DNA from: Azolla caroliniana
Taxonomy: Eukaryota; Plantae; Polypodiophyta
Reading direction: 5' to 3'
Length of the DNA: 64,000 nt
Assembly: GCA_043228905.1 (NCBI GenBank)
Contig: JBHGNT010000002.1
Coordinates: forward strand, 12,338,001 to 12,402,000
In this document: positions 38,701-47,900 of the stretch, one piece after another
Numbering within the stretch: position 1 is the first letter of the stretch
Layout: every line of letters begins with the position of its first letter
Made by a program: the position numbers and the translations under genes
Notes under the pieces: model-generated
What the model was told of the DNA's origin: nothing
The model's database searches: none
The model's input: the letters and a program-made list of their open reading frames with translations, nothing else

Positions 38701-39834
38701 GTGTCGAACATCCTTCAGCAGCATCTTGCATCTGGTTGATGTCATCAGCCACACGTCTCCTATGCCGGCAATCCGGCATGTACCTTCATTTCCCATCCGA
38801 ACACAGCCATGCTCACCGGCTGTGTAGGATGAGAAGTATTTCTTCTCCGGGGTCAGGTGGAACGACGCTCCGGAATCGACCACCCAGGTCATCTCTTCAC
38901 CGGCAAGGTTCAGCTCTATCTCTTCGGTAATGAGCATTATCTCTTCTTCACTTGCCGCGAGTGCCGTCGTTCCTTTCCGGTCCTGCCCTCGCCGATCCGG
39001 ACCTCTCCGGTCCGTGGCTCCCTGGTATGCACCGTTTCTCTCCGGTGACTTCTTCGAATCGGTGTCGTCGGCTCCGTTGTCCTTTCGGTAATGCCGACAA
39101 TTCTTCCGGAAGTGCCCCGGCTTCCCACAGTGGAAGCATGTGGGTCTTCCTCTTGACTGCGACCGGGTCCCCGACTTCTCCCGTCTTTGCGGACTCCGGT
39201 TCCATTGTCTTCCCCGTTCCGATTCGGTAAGCAGCGCCTTCGAGTCGGAGGCCGGTTCTTTATCTCTCCGACGCGCTTCTTCGTTCAAAATACTTGTCTT
39301 TACCGTTTGTAGGGACAAGTTATCTTCGGTGCAGGAGGTGCTGAGAGTCACCACCAAGTTCTCCCAGCTTTCCGGCAATGTACACATCAGAATGATGGCT
39401 TGCATTGCATCCTCCAACGGGAACTTGATCGCCGCAAGCTGGTTCACGAATCCCATGAACGTGCTCACGTGTTCCACCATATTCTCGCCGTCCCGGTACT
39501 TGAGGTTCACTATCTTCCTCATCAGGGAGGTCCGGTTCAACGCATTCTTCCTCTCATAGAGGCCCGACAGCTTCTTCCACATCTCATAGGCGTTCGTATC
39601 GTTCGCCACATGTTGCAGGACACTTACATCGACATATTGCCGGACCGTCGCTACGGCTTTCCGGTTCAGGAGCTTCCACTCCGACTCTATTACCCCCTTG
39701 GGTATCTCGGCATTGTCGATCGGTTCGTACAGGTCTCGGACGATGAGAAGGTCTTCCATCTTTATCTTCCAGTCGGCGTAGTTCTGTGAGTTCAACACCA
39801 TCATGCCCGGAGGCCCACTACCGCCGCCTTCCAT
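35761..39834 (-). CDS. gag-pol: Copia Gag-Pol polyprotein (1357 aa from MEGGGSG), uninterrupted
   Basis: CFHCGKPGHFRKNC, WVVDSGASFH, HTDVC/DNGGEY integrase, YVDD RT, FTDSD RNase H; first ATG downstream of the PBS. Confidence 0.96.
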   Translation of the reverse strand: MEGGGSGPPGMMVLNSQNYADWKIKMEDLLIVRDLYEPIDNAEIPKGVIESEWKLLNRKAVATVRQYVDVSVLQHVANDTNAYEMWKKLSGLYERKNALNRTSLMRKIVNLKYRDGENMVEHVSTFMGFVNQLAAIKFPLEDAMQAIILMCTLPESWENLVVTLSTSCTEDNLSLQTVKTSILNEEARRRDKEPASDSKALLTESERGRQWNRSPQRREKSGTRSQSRGRPTCFHCGKPGHFRKNCRHYRKDNGADDTDSKKSPERNGAYQGATDRRGPDRRGQDRKGTTALAASEEEIMLITEEIELNLAGEEMTWVVDSGASFHLTPEKKYFSSYTAGEHGCVRMGNEGTCRIAGIGDVWLMTSTRCKMLLKDVRHVPEVRLNLISAGRLDDEGYTGSIRNGVMKFSKGSLIVARARKVNTLYLMDARLCPEDLNVAADTAGELWHKRLCHMSEKGMKRLAEDNLIPVKHVHLEKCTDCLAGKQNRTSFHSRPPTRRSAPLELVHTDVCQIETKSHGGAQYFVTFIDDHSRKLWTAPLKTKDQVLSVFKELHARVERESGMKLKAIRADNGGEYRGQFEEYCRSKGIRLEFTVPKTPELNGLAERMNRTIMERVRSMLAHAKLPKGFWAEAMSTATYVINRSPSVPLDGDTPQKVWTGREVSYRHLKVFGCLAYVHVAKDRRGKLDPKTRPCIFLGYGDDEFGYRVWDPVDKKISRSRDIIFMEDKTLADWESEKKMKSSKSTGENQLYEEQSRPARDRLALEDPAEDGEETEPTEEDETDTGTGPDPEMDSDEEETEEPVTEAPERRYPLRERRAPRRFPEPEHVLLTDEGEPESLEEAKHDTQSRKWLSAMQDEMDSLHENHTYELVELPKGKRALRNKWVFKLKPGDAENPPRYKARIVVKGFQQKKGVDFDEIFAPVVKMTSIRTVLSIAASMDLEVEQMDVKTAFLHGDLEEEIYMQQPEGFEKKGKEHLVCRLKKSLYGLKQAPRQWYRKFDSFMTDEGYHKTQSDHCVFVKKFEGGDFLILLLYVDDMLIVGRDQVKIRMLKKALHRTFSMKDLGPARQILGMHIIRDRKKKQLWLSQEKYVTKVLQRFNMSEARPVGSTLPANCKLSSKQSPKIKAEKEDMMKVPYASAVGSLMYAMVCTRPDIGYAVGVVSRYMSNPGKEHWNAVKWILRYLKGTANVCLRFGSGKPELDGFTDSDMSADADTSRSTSGYVMTYAGGAVSWQSRLQKTVALSTTEAEYMVAVEAGKEIIWMKDFIRELGVRQQEYRLYCDSQSAIHLAKNAAYHSRTKHIQRRYHWIRERIEDKEFVLTKIHTDENGSDMLTKVLTPDKLEACRKRIGLERHPMPK

Positions 39835-40346
39835 TTTCTGTGTTACCGTCGCTCTGATACCACTTTGTTGCAAACAGTGCTCGGCCACAACCGAGGAATA
39901 GGATCAACTCACAGAAAAACAGGAAATACACAATGCACGAAGGCAATAGAGAGAAGAGTACATAGGATGTTTTACGTGGAAAACCCTAAATGGGAAAAAC
40001 CACGGGAGTCCTCAAACTCCAACTATCACTATGAACAGAGGTGTACAATGGTGAAGCTACAAGGCAACAACCTTGAGCTCACTGTCTTCGCCACAGGCGG
40101 CGGTAATACACAGAGGCAACGACCTCTTCGTCTCTCTCTCTCTCTCTCTCTTCGGTTGCTCTGTTTACACTCTCTGAGTGAAAGCAGAAAAATAAGCAAC
40201 AACATAAAATTGTTTGCCCTAAGTCATATTTATACACATATGACTTTCGGGCTATTTACAAATATAGCCTCAAGGGCCCTTGGCAAACATATATCACAAA
40301 TATGTCCCCGCATCCGGATCTCTCTCCGGGTACATTCATCATCCGG

Positions 40347-40430
40347 CTCCGTAGCCGGGTCTTCGTCATCCGGCTCCGTAGCCGGGTCTTCGTCATCCCG
40401 CTCCGTAGCCGGGTCTTCGTCATCCGGTTC
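40347..40430. repeat. 27-bp tandem repeat x3 in Copia C 5' LTR U3 (x1 in the 3' LTR)
   Basis: tccgtagccgggtcttcgtcatccggc units; the LTR length difference is 55 = 2x27+1. Confidence 0.9.
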
Positions 40431-43400
40431 CGTAACCGCAACCGGGCTTGCCGTCATTCATCTCCGGACATCCCATCCGGAGGGACCGAAAAAATCCCAA
40501 CAGGAAATCGATACAGAGGTCATAACGGCAGAGGCGATTCGAGCGTTAACAGGCCTTCCGGAGGGAGGCATACTCACGATCGACAATCCAACCCCGGAGC
40601 AACTCATCAGGTATTTTGGTGAGTACTCTCTAGCCAGCAAGGGCTACCGGACACAGGGCGGCGGAGATATGCTGTTCCGCGAAATTGCTCGTGTGCTCCA
40701 TGAATACGGCCACGTATACCCTAGACCCCCTGTCATGCCGCAGAACCGGGCAGGGATGATCATCGCCACCTATGAAGGGATCAAGGTAGATTGGCCGGTA
40801 TTGATTGCAGACGAGTTGTGTGCGGCGATCGAGATCGTCAGAGGCAAAGACGGCAAAGAAGGCCGAGACGGACGAAGGATATGGCACGCCGTAACGCAAT
40901 GGTTCACCCTGCTGGTGCCACCCGTTCAGACCGTCCAGCCCAAGAAGCGAGGAAGAGTGCCGGACGGCACCCCAAGGACGGCTTCCAAACGGCAGCAGTT
41001 GTTGGCCTCTAAGGCCAGTAAGGGAAAGGCGGTGGATGCAGACCAGGCGGCAGCAGGAAGTCTCAGCCGGAAGCGCCCAACGGAGGCGCAGGAGGAACCA
41101 CCGGCACGACCTGTAAAGGTCACACTCCGCCGACCGGTGAATCGAGAAGTGGACCCCTTGGCGGCAAAACTCAATGCCGGAGCTCAGGAGGAGGAAATGG
41201 AGGAGGAGCCTACGGAGCACCTCCAGCGACGGTCGTCGGCAAGGACCGTTCAGACAGCCGGGAAACGTTCGGACCCTCAGACGGAGGGAACACCGGCTCC
41301 CCATATTGAGACTCCTACGCCAAGGAAGGAACCGGAACCGGTGCAAAAGGAACCGGAAATAGAAGCCCCGGCAACACCAGCAACACCGGCAAGTCCCATT
41401 CCGCCAGAGCCGGAAAGGTCACTGCAGCCTCCCTCGGTCAGCCAAGAAGAAGCGCAAGGGGACCAAGGACAGCAGGATGGTCCACGGGCAGAAACGGAAC
41501 TGCAACTCGGCGCAACCAGGCGGGACCACCCCTCTACAAGTGAGCCCATCTACCAAACCTCCGTGCAAGCACAACAAGGCACCGGTAGCTTGTGGCTCCG
41601 GTGGATAGGCGAACAGATAGCCAGAGCAGTGGGGTATATAGAGGCGGAAGAAAGAGCGCAAAGCGAACGGTTGCTCGTCACAACCGAACAACTAGAGACG
41701 GCCCGGTCCAGAATCCGGTGCCTTGAAAAAGATTTGGATCAGGTCACGACAGAGATGGCTAAAATACGGATCCAATCACCGGTGACTCCGGTAAGTGTAC
41801 AGAATAATGAAACAGAATGACCTGTACATAGGAATAAGACCCCGGCAACGGAAACCGTTCCGGCGAGAGAGACGGTGCAAGCTCGGGAGCTTGCAGAATT
41901 GAGAGAGGAACTTGCCGCACAAGAAGCGCTAAGGAGCCGTGAACGAGAATTGAAGACGGCGGCCGAAGCCGAATTAAAGAAGACTGCTGAGAACCTCCGC
42001 CGGGCAGAGGAGAGCCTCCGGAAAGGCCTTCAAGCGTACGACCGGCTAAAGGAGGAGAAAGACAAAGTGCTGTAGGAAAAGGACAAGCTGCGGAAAACGG
42101 CGGAAACAGAGATAGAACGGCTAAAGGAAGAGCTCCGCCAGCAGAAGGACCGCGAGGACCAGGCCCGTCGTCATATCAACGCACGGCTCAAGCAAAAGAC
42201 AGATGATTTTGAGCACCTGCACCGGGACTACAAACAGCTGGAAATAGAGCATAAAGAACGGATGGCCGAGCTCCAGCAGGCAGTTGATCGGGCCGCAACG
42301 GCGATCGCCGACGAACGGGCGGAAAATACAAGACGCTTGGAAGAGGTGGAGAAGGTCCGGATGGAGCTCCAGAAGCAGCAGTAGGAAGACAAAGAGAGAG
42401 CATCTACAGTATTGCAGAAATTACAAAGTACATATCAAAGGCAACTGACGCATTACAAGGCACAGGCGGAGGACAACGTAAAAATCATCAAACAACTGAA
42501 GGAGGAACGGCAAGCGGCAGAAACCAAATCGCAATTGGGAACGAGCCGGATTCAGTCCATCCTCCGGGCATGGCTGAATCAGACGAAGCACTTGATTGAT
42601 GAAAGCTCCGTAAAATGGTGGACAAAGTGGGCACAAAACGCGGCGGAACTCCAGTTGCTACGGGCGGATGTGGCAAACCGGCGGAAGGAAGGAGATGACT
42701 GTTATACGCTGACTTCCGAGGACTTCACCACCATACGGGACGAGCTGGCCGACGACTTCCAAGTCCTGGCAGATGAACAGCTAGCGCAGGTCAGACAACT
42801 CGTAGCTCAGCTGGACGATGATAGGCTGGACGCTCAAATCCAGTTTGAAAGCTAGGAGCGGTCCCGGGTGCGGGAAGAAAAAGCACAGGAAGCGACAACG
42901 GTTAACCTTAGTGATGAGGAACCGTCGTCGGTTGAGGGCCAGTCGGGAACCAGTCAACCGGAGACCACCACGACGCAGGGAGCAACGACGGAGACGCCGG
43001 TGTCAGAGCCACAAACGGAGGAGCAGCCGCAGCAACCACCAATGGACCCGCCGCAGCAGACAGCAATAGAGCAGCAACAACAACAACAACAACAACAACA
43101 ACCACTTCCAGATGAACCATTGGAGCCTCTCGAACAGAGCATTCTGGACATTTTGGACGAAGAATAGCAAGGGTCGGTTGTGGATTCGACGTACAAGGTA
43201 CTGTCCCACGGGCGTGCCATGTGTTACCGGCCGGCAAAGGAGTCCAAAGTGGGAAACGGAGAGCTAATTAAGTAGTAGGAATGTGTTGTAATTAAGCTAT
43301 GAGTGTGGACGGACGGACCGGAATCAGTATGCCGTTCCGGATCCGGACCGATCCCGAACAGGTGCGGATGGCACCGTTTTGTAATACAGACCGGAAACCT

Positions 43401-43655
43401 ATTTAAAGGCCCGGATACAATGTAATAGTGAGCGGTTAATTAATGAAAGCTTAAGCGTTGTTATATCTCTGTCAATTGTCGTTCTGTCTTAATTGTATAT
43501 CTTACGTGTGTTATGAAGACGATCCTAATAAGTAACTTAACTAAGTCGGATTAAGCGTTGAAGTCTAATCCGGTTGCCGTAACACCCTTTGGTGAAGTGT
43601 CTCACGTAGACACCCTGTGTTAGGCCATTGTCCGGCCCGAAGAGTTAACAAGAAG

Positions 43656-44260
43656 AGGTGCATGGGCAAGCCTGAACGCTCCCTTGCCACAAGTCGCACG
43701 AATACACAAGAAATATTTACACTAACACGCAAGACATGATTTCGAACACCTTTGTGAAAGGAGAGGTGCATGGGCAAGCCCGAACGCTCCCTTGCCACAA
43801 GTCGCACACAAGCAAGACACGTAAGTTTGAATGCCTTTGTGAAATGAGAGGTGCGTGGGCAAGCCCGAAACGATTCCTTGCCACAAGACACACAAACAAA
43901 TAAGCACAAACGACAATAACATATAAGACACGTAGGTTTGAATGCCTTTGTGAATTGAGAGGTGCGTGGGCAAGCCCGAAACGATTCCTTGCCACAAGAC
44001 ACACAAACAAATAAGCACAAACGACAATAACATATAAGACACGTAGGTTTGAATGCCTTTGTGAAATGAGAGGTGCGTGGGAAAGCCCGAAACGATTCCT
44101 TGCCACAAGACACACAAACAAATAAGTACAAACGACAATAACATATAAGACACGTAGGTTTGAATGCCTTTGTGAAAGGAGAGGTGCATGGGCAAGCCCG
44201 AAATGCTCGCTTGTCACAAGACACACAAAGAAATAAGCACAAATGACGACAACAAATAAG
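43656..44260. repeat. Tandem array in the LTR of Gypsy A: three near-perfect 111-bp units plus shorter variants sharing a ~50-bp core
   Basis: gtttgaatgcc at 43825, 43936, 44047 and 44158; the core also occurs at ~28147, 28287, 43750 and 60247. Confidence 0.92.
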
Positions 44261-44943
44261 CACAATCAAGATTTACACATAAGACAAATAGATGAAAGAA
44301 AACATTAGTTTATATCAATATAATAGATTCTTTTGTAATATAAGAATCATGTTACAATGGGTTGGATGCGAATATGAAGGATTGTTTATAAAGGAATGGG
44401 GGAAGAGAGGGGAGTATAGAAGGAGTTTCTTTGTTGATGATGCCTCTCGATGTTGTTGATCCTTCTTCTTCCGCTTTCCAATTGAGTAGAGCTTCCACAC
44501 TCCTTCTCCATCACCCCTCTCTTCACTAGAATAGGCTCTTATTTATAGGTTTTGGATTGCTTGCCTTTTTCCCCTAAAAAAAGCTTGTCTATATGAGTCG
44601 GCGTTTCTTTCCCTCACTATTTCTGTTTTGTAGCCTCAAATTTCACACGCAAGATATTCTTGGAAAGATCTTTAGGATAACATTCTTATGCATCTTTTCT
44701 TTTCTAATTTGGACATTTGACAAGGAAATTATGAGCTTTTTACTCGACCTTGCTCCTCATATCCACGGCTAGCTTTTCTTTTCCCATCTTTTTCTCTATT
44801 TTTGTTTACTTTCGAAAACCTCTTCTAACTTTTTATCCTTTCATTTATTACTATAGTTGACTTAAGAAAATTAGTTTATTTGGACCACTATTTTATTCTC
44901 TTTTGAGGGTGGTTTCACACGATGTGTCGAAAACATCACGACA

Positions 44944-47900
44944 TCCACCCCCACCAATCCTGCACATCCTCCGGTATGTGTCGATGATTGTTAGCTGCTA
45001 TTGCTTATTCTTTTTAAACCTCGAAGTCTAGAGGTTCGATTTCAGGATTTGCGGTCTCTCTGCTTTGCAATCAGCAAAGCAAGTGGAGTTCCATCTAACT
45101 CCACTAGAAAATAGGTTGCATTGTTTTCTATTTCCTTAACCACGTATGGGCCAAACCATCGTATCACGAACTTTCGAGTAGTGCTATGTTGATTATCAAG
45201 GCTACTATCATAGACAAGTACCCAATCTCCTTCTTCAATTTTTCGTAGACGAAGACGATGCTTTTTATCAAAATTCTCCTTGTTCCTCAATGGAGCCTCA
45301 CATAACCATTCAATTGCTAACTCGACATCTTTGGGTCTCCGTTATAATTGTTGGATCCTTGTAGCTAGCAAGTCTTCTCGACTCATCTCCTCTTGCCATG
45401 GCAAAGCCGTCCATGAGGTAACACTTTGCCCTAATATGAACTTGGATGGCATATATCCAGTAGTTGTGCTATGTGTAGTTCTATCGGCCCACAATGCATA
45501 AGGTAATAATCGTGGCCAGTCCCCCATCTTCCCATCGCAAGCCTTTGCTAGAGCTTTTAGAATCGGGCTATATCCCCGCTCCACCTTTTCCATTTGCCTC
45601 TGGGTTGTATGCCATGGTAAGTGATAATTTGACGCCTATCCTTGAGAAAAACACTTTAGCTTCATTTGCATTTAATTCTCCTCTATCAGCTACTATTTTG
45701 CCAACACATCTGTATCGACAAATAACATCTTCAAGGAGAAACTTGCAAACCGCCAAAGTTGTTTTATTCCTTAGTGCCCGACCTTCTACTTGGTTGGTGA
45801 GATCCTCTCTTGCTAGCACGAGGTATCTCATTTTCCACAATCCCATTGGCATAACCACTATGTCTACCAACCACTTATAGTGCATTGATAATGGATATGT
45901 CGGATGAAGTTCATCCCTATGTTGAACATTCGAGTATAATTGGCATTGCGCACATGTTTCAACATAGCTTATTACATCTTTGTAAACACCTGGCCACCAA
46001 TACTTCTCCTTGAGCTTTGCAAAAGTTGCCCATATACCTCGATGACCTGCCCACACACTATCATGAAATTCAACAATTAGTGTTTGTTGATCTTGTTTAT
46101 TGCACACCACTCGAAGTGGAGTTCCATTCTTCCTCTTTGGAAACTTCCATAGATATCCTTGTTTGAGGAAGAACTTGTAGGCCTTCTTTCTAATTCAGTA
46201 GAAACTTTGACCATGATTCATCCTTTGTAAGAGAGCTTAAGTACTTGCCAATATTGATGAATTCACCCTCATAATCTTCTACTTCAAGCACCCGAGCACA
46301 AGAAACCGTAAAGAAGTTTAGGCCAACATCCTCATCATCGGAGCGCGGATCTTCTTCACCCTTGTACCTTGCCCTTGACAACATATCGACCACCACATTA
46401 TGTTTCCAAGTTATATGTCGAATCTCGGGGTTGATCGACTTGATATAGGCAATCCATCATAGCATAGCAATATCTAGTGTAGCACAATTGGATATCATCC
46501 CGAGAATAGGTAGACAATTGGTTTCGATTATGACTTCCATTCCGATAAGGTAGTTGCGATTGGTTTTAACCACGGATACTATCCTCCATAGCTCTCTCTT
46601 TACTTGGGCGTACTTTCTTTGTCTTTTGGTCAACACCTTTGCATAGAATCGGATCGCATACCAATTTTTGTCTTTGCCTTCTTGGTTAATCACCCATCCA
46701 ATTCCGGTTGGGCTCGTATCCACTGTCACATATATTGGGGTACCTTCGGTGTAGTCGGCTTTGCGCAATGCTGGAGCTTCCAATAATAGTTTCTTCAACT
46801 TTTGAACCACGTAGGTATGCTCGTTTTCCCATTTAAACTTCTTCCTTTTCTTGAGTAGTCCATACAATGGTTTAGCGACATGAGCATACTTGATATATAT
46901 GTGGTAGAGTGCACATGCTCCTGGGACTCACACTCCTCTTTCATCTCGTGGATAGAATTCACCTTGGATGGAGATGACTTCCAGCCATAAGATCCACATA
47001 AGTGTCCTACTACCAATATTTCTAGTTGACCGAATGCGGACTTCTCTCCTGAAAACGTGAGATTTGCATCCTCAAGCTTTTGCAACACCTTCTCGCTATC
47101 CTTTATATGATTAATGATGAATCTTCGACAACTATCTTCATCTTTTGATTTATCTTTTTCTTCCACCGAGCATCCTTTGATCAGAATGTCATCTAAGAAA
47201 GGCGTTGTGATATCAGGAATACAATCCTTTTACAGTTTGTTCATGGCATTCACCATGTGGGCTACGGAGTTTGTCGCACCTTGGGGTAAGGTGCACATCC
47301 TTACCAACCTAATCAGTGTCCTCATTATTGTAATGTCTCTACTATCAACTGCCAATTGAAATTGATGATAGCCTGAGTAGAGATCACCAATGGAATAGAT
47401 CTATCTTCCCGCGAAGGCTTCGGCAAATTCATCCACGCTTGGACCAATTCCGGCATTTCGGATCGTCACCTTGTTGATGGGTTGGAGATCTTAAATAAAG
47501 TGTAAGGACCCGTTCTTCTTCGGCACCGTAAACCATCTATTGGAGTAGGGAGCATTGGACGGCTCAAGAATTCCCATTCTAACCTTTTCCTTTAGAAGCT
47601 CAATCAACTTCAGAATGTGAGTTCTTGGAACCAGTATCGGCTTGAGGTTCCAAAGTACATGCGACATCGTAAATATCACCATCGGCTCTATCATCTTCGG
47701 GTCAGCACATCCGATTTCTTGTAGAGAGAAGGCGAAGGCTTTCCCATGTCTCTCAAGCATCATGTGAAACCTTTCTTCTTCTTCGGGGAGAAGGAAGTCA
47801 TCCTTCCCGACTCTGAGACTTGGATCCTTGGTAACTTCTTTCATCCTCATCCTTGGTAACTTCTTTCATCCTCTACCAACTATCCTCCCGTAACGGAATA

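Larger units (their letters stand above)
35169..40502 (-). mobile_element. Intact young Copia C (Tnt1/Tork-like); 3' LTR 35169-35750, 5' LTR 39866-40502, TSD GGAAA
   Basis: Near-identical LTRs, perfect PBS TGGTATCAGAGC 39851-39862, PPT 35751-35764, TSD at 35164-35168 and 40503-40507. Confidence 0.98.
35048..43167 (+). pseudogene. Extra 3' ORF of Gypsy B (~926 aa once Copia C is removed; 4 internal stops): globular N-terminal domain, disordered linker, long coiled coil, poly-Q acidic tail
   Basis: Removing 35169-40507 gives ...VIKE/IDTEVIT... in frame. ORFs 39865, 41875, 42412 and 42868 share one frame. The start codon is uncertain (34826, 34967 or 35048). Confidence 0.85.
28387..43650 (+). 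mobile_element. Gypsy B (non-chromovirus, Athila/OTA-related), LTRs 28387-28815 and 43222-43650, TSD AGAAG
   Basis: 429-bp LTRs with ~9 substitutions and 2 indels by eye; TG...CA ends; PBS TGGCGACCAC 28823-28832 (tRNA-Arg type). Confidence 0.96.

Noticed and set aside
35776-39789. Many plus-strand ORFs opposite the Copia polyprotein (likewise minus-strand ORFs opposite B)
   Set aside because: Shadow ORFs of GC-rich coding sequence with no recognisable motifs.
39835-39888. N-terminal 18 aa of the 1375-aa ORF call
   Set aside because: It starts inside the LTR/PBS at a non-ATG codon; the ATG at 39834 is the plausible start.
43656-44260. Repeat-spacer pattern resembling a CRISPR array, and Cys-rich repeat ORFs (43565-44269)
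   Set aside because: The linkers are homologous to each other, there are no cas genes, and it lies in an LTR. The ORFs arise because the 111-bp unit is a multiple of three.
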